From NCBI GenBank assembly GCA_034429595.1, contig DAOUGB010000068.1, forward strand, positions 11,067 through 75,066: 64,000 nucleotides of DNA, written 5' to 3'. Below, piece by piece: positions 45,852 through 54,179 of the stretch; the first letter of the stretch is position 1, and every line of letters starts with the position of its first letter. Origin of the DNA: Dehalococcoidales bacterium (GTDB taxonomy: Bacteria; Chloroflexota; Dehalococcoidia; Dehalococcoidales; RBG-16-60-22). The notes below the pieces were generated by a model. It had not been told where the DNA came from, did not search any database, and worked only from the letters and a program-made list of their open reading frames with translations. The position numbers and the translations under genes are program-made.

Positions 45852-46334
45852 TTAAATCCTTAAAATCTGAAAGCGGGTGTAGGCGAGTTCCATGGTATCT
45901 ATCACCACGGCGTTGGCCGCCGCATCAAGGTCAGATACGGACCACTTGACCGGATAGGCTTTGAGAAACAGCCAGTTGGCGATGGGGAGGCTATGTTCGC
46001 TTAACAGGCTCACCATGACATTGCTCGGCGCGAATTTAAAGAGACTCATCGCGACATTGAATTCGATATTCAAAGGCGAGCCGATGACCATACCCCTTTC
46101 CAGCTTCAGGTTTTCATAGGTCATGCCTTTCGGCAGGCGGTGGGTAAAAAGGTTTTCCCCGCCTTCCGTCAGCGGTTCCGTTTCCACGGTAGCTGTTATC
46201 CCGGATACTTTTTGAAACCGGATATCCAGCGGGTTAGGGATAACTCCCCCCGCAAAAAAGGTCACCTGAAAGTAATAACCTACCGGAGGATTTTTGGTCA
46301 GCGATAGTTCCGGTAATGCCAGACCACCTACCAT
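45852..46334 (-). CDS. phage T4 gp19-like tail tube protein 2 (Afp5 class)
   Basis: It carries the tube-family pattern YYFQVTFFAGG...FQKVSGITATVETEPLTEGGEN. Confidence 0.85.
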   Translation of the reverse strand: MVGGLALPELSLTKNPPVGYYFQVTFFAGGVIPNPLDIRFQKVSGITATVETEPLTEGGENLFTHRLPKGMTYENLKLERGMVIGSPLNIEFNVAMSLFKFAPSNVMVSLLSEHSLPIANWLFLKAYPVKWSVSDLDAAANAVVIDTMELAYTRFQILRI

Positions 46335-46455
46335 AATCTTGTCCTTCTTTCGTATTTTCCCCGGCTGGCCGGCGGCGGCCAGCTACGCTGCCTGCCTCTA
46401 TCGTTGGTTGCCAGCAGCGTAACCGACCGTTTTTTCAACCTGGTCATCCGCAGGA

Positions 46456-46917
46456 TTAGTGGTACTCAATAGAAAGGCTGTCCGCTCTTAAATCCAGGCT
46501 CTCGATGGCGACATCGTTGCTGGTAGCATCGAATGTGGGAGCCTCCATTTTCTTGGGGAAGGCATTGGTGACTTTCCATGACACCACCGGGGCGTCACTC
46601 TCGTCCATGAGGGATATGGTGACATCTTTCTTGACCACGGTATTCAGATTGATGGTATTAATCCAGTCAAAGAGCTTCTTATCCCCCCTGACGATGCCTT
46701 TCTTCATGGTTATATCTACCGGCGAACGCTGGCCGGGCATGTACTTGGCGCCTTCTTTATGGCTCAAGCCGTCTTTATAGGTTATCGGGTCTTCATAGCC
46801 TATGGTCAGACCTGATACTTCCCTAAAAGCGATGGGGTCAAGCCCGTCAATCTTGACGCTGTAGTAATAAACGGGCAGCGGGTACTTGGTTTTGATATCA
46901 CTTACCGTAGTTGCCAT
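46456..46917 (-). CDS. phage T4 gp19-like tail tube protein 1 (Afp1 class)
   Basis: It carries YPLPVYYYSVKIDGLDPIAFREVSGLTIGYEDPITYKDG. Confidence 0.85.
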   Translation of the reverse strand: MATTVSDIKTKYPLPVYYYSVKIDGLDPIAFREVSGLTIGYEDPITYKDGLSHKEGAKYMPGQRSPVDITMKKGIVRGDKKLFDWINTINLNTVVKKDVTISLMDESDAPVVSWKVTNAFPKKMEAPTFDATSNDVAIESLDLRADSLSIEYH

Positions 46918-46949
46918 TGTTCTAACCTCCTTCTATCACATGGTGTAGG

Positions 46950-48884
46950 CTAGGCTTCCTGCATCTTGTGTGAGAATCTCAGGATAATGAACTCCGCCGG
47001 GCGGACCGCCGCGATGCCGACTTCGATAATCATGCGGCCCTCCAGGATATCCTGCTCCGTCATGGTGACGCCAAGGCCGACCCGGACAAAGAAAGCCTGC
47101 TCCGCCTTCGAACCTACCAGCGCCCCATGGCGCCATAGCCCTTCCAGATAGCTCTCAATCATCGCCTTGACTTTCAGCCAGGCCATCGCGTCGTTGGGGC
47201 CGAAAACGGCCCACGCGGTGGATTTCTTGACGGATTGCTCTATCATGATGAAAAGCCGACGGACCGGGATATAGCGCCACTCATTATCGTTGCCGGCCAG
47301 CGTCCGCGAACCCCAGATTAACACACCCTGGCCCGCGAACCCGCGGATGGCGTTGATGGACTTTCCGGCCGTCGTGTCTATGTTCAGGTTCTCCTGGTCA
47401 GCACTGGTGATTTTTACCATCGGTTTGATGGTAGCCATCACTCCCTCGTTGGCCGGCGCGCTCCACACGCCGCGGGTGCGGTCGACGCGGGCATATACCC
47501 CGGCAACCGCCGCGCTCGGCGGCAGGATGACACGCTGTTTGCCCAACCCGGCTTTAATCTTGTTGTACAAAGCCGTTGATTCCAGCCTGATAGCGGTATG
47601 CCCCAGATAAAAGGTCTCTCCGTCCGCCTGGTAGTAAACGAGCGGGCTGGGCCCGGCCGCCGCGGATATCGTCGGTTGGGAATCGAATTGCTCAAGGTTG
47701 AATTTGCCTTTATTGCCGCTCCAGCCGTTCCAGGCGGCGATAATATCTTCCACGACCCGCCCGTCATCGGGGAGGGTAATCGTGAGGATATTTTTGGTAG
47801 TATCGGCCTCAAACGCTATGACTTTCCCGCTCATCTTGACCTCGGCCGAGGCCGCGGGCGTAGCTTTGCCGCGATAGGTGACCCTTAAATCGGAAATTTC
47901 CAATGGAGTGGGTTTAGCGCCGCCGGTACCGGCGGAAATGAAGGTGGTCCGGTGCAGATGGAAGTTGCCGCCGACACCCTTGGACGCCCAGGCCGCAACG
48001 ATATTATCCACGGTATCGCCGCCGCTCTTGAGCGTTATCTTCAAGGTATTGGTAGCTTCGTCCAGCGCGAAAGTGGGGGTGGTAACATCACCGATGATTA
48101 TCTGCGCTTTGGGAGCCACGGCCGGCTGGCCGGTATAACCGATGCGGAGGTTCCCGATGAAAAGCTCACCGTTTTTATCCACGAATCCCTGAATGTTCAC
48201 CGTCTCATCGGTATAGTAATGATTGATTGATGTTTGGAGATAGGGATAATAAGCCGCACTGTACTTGAGGTCGCCTACGATGTTATTGCGGAAGGCCTCC
48301 CCGATTTTACCCCGGCCGTCATTATCATCCGCCAGCACGTCAAAAATGGCGAAGCGGTCGTGCAAATCGCTGCATTGCTGCAGAGAAGACTGGCACAGTT
48401 CGTAGTAATCGGAGGCGGCCAGGTTGACGGCATCCGTCAACAGAATCAAAGTCGGCTCATCCTCTTTCCGCAGGGCGTCAAGGCCGGCCTGAAAAGCCTT
48501 TTTATCCAGGGTCTGGCTGTAGTTCCCTACGGAAACGACGTAGCAGGGTCCGCCGCCGTTCTTGAAATAGAGGTTAAGGCAATAGTAAAGCAAAAACGGT
48601 GGACTGGGTGTGTCGGAGATTTGGATGGAATCAATATCGCGGTTACCCTGCTCGTCCGTCACCAATTGTATGTTAAAGTTGCTGACGGGGGAACCGCCGA
48701 ACATGGAATTATAATCGAGGAGACTGGAAATGCGGGTAGGTTTATTCAACAAGTTTTCATCACCGAACTTGGCATACTCCGTGTAACCGATGAAAGCGGG
48801 AATTGCGGTAGCCACTTCAGCTACCGATGGCGGAAGAAGTGATATTTCTTCCGTATATACCCCTGGCGTCTTATAAGTTGCCAT
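46950..48884 (-). CDS. contractile tail sheath protein (Afp2-4 class)
   Basis: It has the typical sheath N-terminus MATYKTPGVYTEEIS and the C-terminal sheath core GVWSAPANEG...INAIRGFAGQGVLIWGSRTL. 644 aa with an internal duplicated insert. Confidence 0.9.
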   Translation of the reverse strand: MATYKTPGVYTEEISLLPPSVAEVATAIPAFIGYTEYAKFGDENLLNKPTRISSLLDYNSMFGGSPVSNFNIQLVTDEQGNRDIDSIQISDTPSPPFLLYYCLNLYFKNGGGPCYVVSVGNYSQTLDKKAFQAGLDALRKEDEPTLILLTDAVNLAASDYYELCQSSLQQCSDLHDRFAIFDVLADDNDGRGKIGEAFRNNIVGDLKYSAAYYPYLQTSINHYYTDETVNIQGFVDKNGELFIGNLRIGYTGQPAVAPKAQIIIGDVTTPTFALDEATNTLKITLKSGGDTVDNIVAAWASKGVGGNFHLHRTTFISAGTGGAKPTPLEISDLRVTYRGKATPAASAEVKMSGKVIAFEADTTKNILTITLPDDGRVVEDIIAAWNGWSGNKGKFNLEQFDSQPTISAAAGPSPLVYYQADGETFYLGHTAIRLESTALYNKIKAGLGKQRVILPPSAAVAGVYARVDRTRGVWSAPANEGVMATIKPMVKITSADQENLNIDTTAGKSINAIRGFAGQGVLIWGSRTLAGNDNEWRYIPVRRLFIMIEQSVKKSTAWAVFGPNDAMAWLKVKAMIESYLEGLWRHGALVGSKAEQAFFVRVGLGVTMTEQDILEGRMIIEVGIAAVRPAEFIILRFSHKMQEA

Positions 48885-48944
48885 ATGGTCTTCCTCCTGT
48901 ATATCGTTATTCTTGGTGCGTTTTACCTTTGAGAGCAGGCAACC

Positions 48945-49589
48945 CTACTTTCCCGGTTGCCCGGATGTGTCAAACCTAGTCCTCTCACCGGCATTTTCAG
49001 CCCCTTGGGAATCAATTAATTTTAATTCTCTCGCTTTCACCTCCTTAGTCTTTTCCGGTGTATGTACATCAACGCTTAACGTTATCTGATAGTTAACGGC
49101 AACTCTGGGCTTGACACCCATCGCCTGCCAGAAAGGCCCCATATTGAAATGCTCCGGCTGCAGCGCCTCTGCCCTGATTATCGTGGCCGTGCCGTCTTTA
49201 AGGCTACCATAGAGCATCTCCCGCGGGAAACTGCGTCCCTTCAGCAGAGCTTTCATGGCCTCACCAAGCAGACGGTGCTCTTCCAGCATGTGATTCGGCG
49301 AGCTCTCACTCGTCCAGACCGTCATGATATAAAAGCACTCAATCTGGGTCTGGGGTTTCTTTACAACGCCGTCATCCGCTCTCCCTTTTTCCCACGTCCA
49401 TTCCGTGCTACGGAGTTCCAGATTCTCCAGGACCATGTAAAGAAAAAGATTAATTGCCGGCAGTTTTACCCAAGCCGGCGGGAATTTACCATCCGGCGGG
49501 TCAAAACTAATCGCCACCGATTTTAATAAATCAGGGTCAAGGTTCTGCTTCAGCAGGTTTTCCAGGGTTTTATCCAGGTCGCCAAACAT
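48945..49589 (-). CDS. DUF4255 tail terminator/cap protein (Afp16/Pvc16 class)
   Basis: The N-terminus LDKTLENLLKQNL...ISFDPPDG...LPAINLFLYMVLEN matches the DUF4255 pattern. It is the first gene of the operon. Confidence 0.8.
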   Translation of the reverse strand: MFGDLDKTLENLLKQNLDPDLLKSVAISFDPPDGKFPPAWVKLPAINLFLYMVLENLELRSTEWTWEKGRADDGVVKKPQTQIECFYIMTVWTSESSPNHMLEEHRLLGEAMKALLKGRSFPREMLYGSLKDGTATIIRAEALQPEHFNMGPFWQAMGVKPRVAVNYQITLSVDVHTPEKTKEVKARELKLIDSQGAENAGERTRFDTSGQPGK

Positions 49590-49624
49590 GCCGTTATTCC
49601 CTCACCGTTACCCTATCGTTGCGG

Positions 49625-49852
49625 TTATTCATCATTCTCATCATCCGCTTGGGAAGTAACACGATAATCCCGCTGACCATTTGCCGGGTATCCGGGAGAC
49701 GGGCTCAGGTGACTCATAATGAATTCCACCATCTTTTCCGTGGTGATGAAATACGTGGCGTCCTGTGAGCCCACATGTTGGATATACCCTCTAAATTTAG
49801 CTGTAGCTTCATTGGTCCAGATTTTTACTATGAAAGAATTGTATTGCCCCAT
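49625..49852 (-). CDS. small hypothetical protein (75 aa) upstream of the eCIS operon
   Basis: ORF only. The segment NSFIVKIWTNE...FRGYIQHVGSQDATYFITTEKMVEFI resembles a widespread family of small uncharacterised proteins (recollection only). Confidence 0.45.
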   Translation of the reverse strand: MGQYNSFIVKIWTNEATAKFRGYIQHVGSQDATYFITTEKMVEFIMSHLSPSPGYPANGQRDYRVTSQADDENDE

Positions 49853-50061
49853 GTCATTTCACAAAAAGACTTTCCGTCACCAAAGACGCCTGCGGAATTC
49901 ATACCAAAGGCTAGAAAACGATAACACGCCGCGGTTAAGCCATAATTAATTGACAGTAAAAAATGAGTTGCAGGAAACAGGCGGGGAGTAATGCCTTAAG
50001 ATACCGGGCCAATCATGAAACTATTTCTCAAAATTCAGCGGCTTATCACCGCGATGAACGT

Positions 50062-51111
50062 TCAAATAGTCTCATCATTGATCAGACGGCGATAAAGGGA
50101 AATGGTCAGGGACTCGGGTTTGACCCCCAGTTCGGTGGTGACAGTTTTTTCACAGACCTTATACCATTGCATGGCGCGGTTGCGCTGACCGATGCGGCTG
50201 TAGCACCGCATCAGGTGACGGTAACCTTCCTCACAGCAGGGGTCTTTGGCCAAAATTTTACGGCAGAATCCAATGCAATTCTCGTAATCGGCCGCCTGGG
50301 CGGAATACGTGGCAAGTTTAATCAGAATATTCAGGTAAGTATCTTTTAAAGCCTCCCGCCGCATCAATGTCCAATCTTCGTAGAGATCTTCTTCAAGGTA
50401 ATCACCTTTGTAAAGACTCTCAGCAGCCAGATAGGCGGCGATGGCGCCGGGGAAATTCCCCTCACTTTCATGACGCTGCCCTTTCAACCATTGCTTTTCA
50501 AATTCCTCGTCGTCAATCAACAGCGTCATGTTCGGGTTAATCAGATAATGGTCATCAACAAAATGAATGTACACAAAGCCGTTCCTCTCTTGGGAAACCG
50601 CGCCGAGCGTCTTCCTCAAGGAGTGGATCGCGGTTTTAAGATTACTGTTCGCTACATCCGGCGGACAGCCCTGCCACAGGGCTTCCATGAGGATATCCTT
50701 GGAAATAAGATGCTGGCGCTGGGCTATCAGGTATTTAAAGACAGCTTTGGCTTTAAGGCTGTACCACTGTTCGACCCGGCGGCAATCAACAAACACACTA
50801 AAATTACCGAGGCAGTTGACCTGCAGGCATGAAGTAGCTCCGTCTAAATCCTGTTTGTAAACTTCTGAAGGCGTAATTTCCAAAACATCCCGCAACTGAC
50901 GTTCAATGGCGTTTTCCCGGCCGCTAAACAGCGAGCAGACTTCCTCTATCTGTTTCCTGGCTTGCTGGTAATCATGATGCACGGTGTGTAATAAATCAAC
51001 CATAATCTTCCATTGTTTCCGGGTAGTTGCTTCGCTTCCCTTTTCTGTGTTCCTCATTTCCATACCTCGGCTAACTCCTTTTCCAAAGTAGGCGTAAAGG
51101 GGACCCCGCAA
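50062..51111 (-). CDS. SARP/AfsR-type transcriptional activator (winged helix + BTAD domain)
   Basis: It has an OmpR-like wHTH (LQVNCLGNFSVFVDCRRVEQWYSLKAKAVFKYLIAQRQHLISKDILMEALW) followed by a TPR-like BTAD domain (YKGDYLEEDLYEDWTLMRREALKDTYL). The true start may be the ATG at 51063. Confidence 0.75.
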   Translation of the reverse strand: MRGPLYAYFGKGVSRGMEMRNTEKGSEATTRKQWKIMVDLLHTVHHDYQQARKQIEEVCSLFSGRENAIERQLRDVLEITPSEVYKQDLDGATSCLQVNCLGNFSVFVDCRRVEQWYSLKAKAVFKYLIAQRQHLISKDILMEALWQGCPPDVANSNLKTAIHSLRKTLGAVSQERNGFVYIHFVDDHYLINPNMTLLIDDEEFEKQWLKGQRHESEGNFPGAIAAYLAAESLYKGDYLEEDLYEDWTLMRREALKDTYLNILIKLATYSAQAADYENCIGFCRKILAKDPCCEEGYRHLMRCYSRIGQRNRAMQWYKVCEKTVTTELGVKPESLTISLYRRLINDETI

Positions 51112-51720
51112 AGAAAAGCCATGTATCAGAAAATGGTACCGGATGAAGAAGACTCCGAGGAATAAGCGATATCTTAACTTATGGCCGCGTTAAGCATCCT
51201 AGTTGCCCACTTGCCGGGCTAACAGGGCAAAAAAGTGCCTTCTGTCCATAATGACCTTACTCTATACCTGTGATTTTGTCAACAATTGACTTGAACCTAA
51301 AAATCACACTACTTTTTCAACCTGTTTTATGAATATAAAAATAGCCTGAATTGGCAAGGCGCAAATAGTTGGCACCGGTATCAACTATTTATTAAAGCTG
51401 TAGTATTTAGAAACAAATAGAATTATTATGCAAGGTAATTATGGTTAATAATGATGGCAGGCCAATTTATGATGAAGCATTTGAAAACAAAATACATCAG
51501 GCAGCCGAACAGATAAAGCTAGCGATAAAGGACTAAGCAGCTTGCTTCATAGCGTAACAGCTGTTCTAGGACTACCGGCACCCGAGGAGTACATTAATGA
51601 TAAATTCAAGCAAGACCTTTCTAGTATTAACGCTCAAGAACTAAAGGAAAAAGCTGCATTTTAAGATAAGCGGTTACTGCAAACATAGCTATATTGCCGG
51701 AGGCCTATTACCCTTTACAG

Positions 51721-51776
51721 TGAGGCTAAATTCAAGCTCAAAAGTTCTGCCTGTTACCCCCCCATCTCCACCAAAG
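51721..51776. repeat. 56-bp direct repeat, right boundary of the eCIS block
   Basis: tgaggctaaattcaagctcaaaagttctgcctgttacccccccatctccaccaaag. See 27576-27631. Confidence 0.8.
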
Positions 51777-52016
51777 CTATCCTGCGCAAACCAACAGGAT
51801 GCATAAATCCATTCTTTTATGTTTATCCAGCAAAAACTAAAGCTTTTTTATCTTTTTCCCAAGATTTTATTAAACTCTATACTATTATTTTAAAAATTTC
51901 TCTAAAATTACGAGAATTATGTTCTAGAAATATGTTACACTATTGCCAGATATTACGTTCACCAGACCTGATTACGTTGACGCCACAACAACAAAGAAGG
52001 GAGATATCTCGGGCAA

Positions 52017-54119
52017 ATGTACTTCTATTTCTACCAGGTATTCATGATACTTTCGCTTATTATGTCTCTGTTCGTGATAGTGCTGACCTGGCACCGCCGG
52101 CATTTACCTGCAGCACCGGCAATGATAGCCCTGGTTACCGCAACATTCGTCTGGACACTCGGGTATTTCCTGGAAGCTAATAGCGATACGCTGGAGCGGC
52201 AATTACTATTTAATAACATCGGCTACCTCGGCTCAATGTCCGTACCGGTGGCCTGGTTCGTTTTTGCCAATAATTATACCAACACCTTAAAATTTATCCG
52301 CGGCCGGAAGTTGATACTCGTTTGTGTCCTTCCCTTTATTATCACCGTCCTCATCTGGACTAATGACTGGCATCACCTGATGTGGCACAATGCCTACCTG
52401 ACTACTTCAGGCCCGTTCATGGTAACAACCAAGACCTACGGGCCGTTCTTCTGGATAGCGCTTACTCACAATTATTTGATGATTGCCGCCGGTGGAATAG
52501 TGTTATTAAGAAGGCTCTTTGTCGGCACGCCCCTGTATACGAGGCAAGCGGTATCTCTAATAGTAGCGGTCTGCCTGCCATGGATCTGGAATATCATTTA
52601 TGTCTTTAATGTTGCAGCGCTGCCGCGCAAAGACCTTACACCGGCAATGTTCGCCATTTCCGGGATGGCGATTGCCCTGGGATTTGTACGCTTTCATTTG
52701 TTCACCACAATACCGTTTGCCCGGGAATTTATCATTCAGCAGCTACATGACGGCGTCTTTATCTTTGATGCCCGTAATTATCTGGTAGAAGCAAATCCCA
52801 TGGCGCTGAAAGTGGTTGGGGCAGGTAAAAGTATAATAAGCAAAAGGTTGGATGACCTTTCATCTCTTTCACCGCTGTTCACGCATCTGACGCCAACAGG
52901 GAACGACCGTGAAGAAGTAACGCTCGTTGTGGCCGGAGAGCAACGTTTTTTTGAGCTGGAAATAACACGGATGATTATACACCAGGAGCAGACGGTGGGC
53001 TGGCTGGCTATCCTTCATGATATTACCGAGCGCAGGAAATCTGAAGAGCAGTACCGGCTGGTGGCGGAAAACTCTGCGGATGTCATCTACAAATTAAACA
53101 TTGGGAAAGAACGGTATACTTATGTGAGTCCTTCAATCGAGCGGTTGCTGGGATATACAGACAAAGAATCGCTGTATTTACAGCCACAAGATGTACTCAC
53201 TACCGAATCATATGAAAAACAGCGCAGCGAATTGATAAAAGATATCCAAAACAGCGTGACTTCCAGTATTCTTCAGCTCGATGCCGTCCATAAAGACGGG
53301 CATATCATCCCCATTGAAGTTCACGCCAGCCTGCTATTCGATGATAAAGGACAACCGGCAGAAATCGTCGGGGTAGTCCGTGATATCTCCGAACGCAAGA
53401 AAATGGAAGAGCAGCTAATTATGCAGGACCGCCTGGCGTCTATCGGGCAATTGACATCAGGTGTCGCCCACGAGCTGAATAACCCGCTCACCAGCGTGAT
53501 TAATTTCTCTACTCTGTTGCTCAAGAGAGAGCTCCCGGAGGATATACATCAGGATGTAGAGACAATCTATGAAGAAGCACAGCGCACCGCTAATATCGTG
53601 AAAAACTTACTAACCTTCGCCCGCAAACAGCCGCAGGAAAAAGAGCCGATTAACATCATTGAAGGTATAAATAAAGTCCTGGAACTGCGCGCTTATGAAC
53701 AAAAAGTAAATAATATCCGGGTCAGAGTCCGCGCCAACCCGGAACTGCCCAGGATTATGGGGAACATCTCGCAGCTGCAACAGGTCTTTTTCAATATCAT
53801 TATCAATGCCGAATTTTTCATGCTTCAAGCCCACAAGAAAGGGACTCTTACAATCAGGGCAGAGAAAGCGGGGGATTCCGTACGGGTTTCCTTTACCGAT
53901 GACGGGCCCGGAATCTCCAAAGAAGACCTGAAATCCATTTTTTCCCCGTTCTTTACTACCAAGGAAGTGGGCAAGGGTACAGGACTTAGTCTAAGTATCT
54001 GCCTGGGAATAATCACCGAGCACGGCGGCAAGATATGGGTTGAAAGCGAACCGGGCAAAGGCGCCACCTTTATCATCGAACTTCCAGCCTATGTAGAACC
54101 GGTAACAGAAGATGACTAG
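52017..54119 (+). CDS. sensor histidine kinase with N-terminal 7TM domain and PAS domains
   Basis: It has about 7 hydrophobic helices in the first 230 aa, PAS regions (EEQYRLVAENSADVIYK) and HisKA (GVAHELNNPLTS) plus HATPase (DDGPGI, GKGTGLSLS) motifs. Confidence 0.85.
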   Translation: MYFYFYQVFMILSLIMSLFVIVLTWHRRHLPAAPAMIALVTATFVWTLGYFLEANSDTLERQLLFNNIGYLGSMSVPVAWFVFANNYTNTLKFIRGRKLILVCVLPFIITVLIWTNDWHHLMWHNAYLTTSGPFMVTTKTYGPFFWIALTHNYLMIAAGGIVLLRRLFVGTPLYTRQAVSLIVAVCLPWIWNIIYVFNVAALPRKDLTPAMFAISGMAIALGFVRFHLFTTIPFAREFIIQQLHDGVFIFDARNYLVEANPMALKVVGAGKSIISKRLDDLSSLSPLFTHLTPTGNDREEVTLVVAGEQRFFELEITRMIIHQEQTVGWLAILHDITERRKSEEQYRLVAENSADVIYKLNIGKERYTYVSPSIERLLGYTDKESLYLQPQDVLTTESYEKQRSELIKDIQNSVTSSILQLDAVHKDGHIIPIEVHASLLFDDKGQPAEIVGVVRDISERKKMEEQLIMQDRLASIGQLTSGVAHELNNPLTSVINFSTLLLKRELPEDIHQDVETIYEEAQRTANIVKNLLTFARKQPQEKEPINIIEGINKVLELRAYEQKVNNIRVRVRANPELPRIMGNISQLQQVFFNIIINAEFFMLQAHKKGTLTIRAEKAGDSVRVSFTDDGPGISKEDLKSIFSPFFTTKEVGKGTGLSLSICLGIITEHGGKIWVESEPGKGATFIIELPAYVEPVTEDD

Positions 54120-54179
54120 GGATAAACATCTTCCGCATTTTAATTTATCGCGGACATCCCGTATAATAGTTATATCCCT

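Larger units (their letters stand above)
27576..51776. mobile_element. about 24-kb eCIS-bearing genomic island (or island relic) in a tandem array at tRNA-Ala
   Basis: It is bounded by the 56-bp direct repeat and lies 7 kb downstream of tRNA-Ala, after two smaller repeat-delimited islets. No integrase or excisionase ORF was seen. Confidence 0.5.

Noticed and set aside
51429-51664. Two short consecutive plus-strand reading frames (MVNNDGRPIYDEAFENKIHQAAEQIKLAIKD* then …LGLPAPEEYINDKFKQDLSSINAQELKEKAAF*) just inside the right island boundary
   Set aside because: This might be a frameshifted small gene, but no family was recognised and there is no convincing RBS. It is too weak to call.
20758-51776. 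Search for an integrase, excisionase or transposase that would explain the islands
   Set aside because: No ORF on either strand shows tyrosine/serine recombinase or DDE motifs that I could recognise. The absence is reported as part of a finding rather than as a feature.
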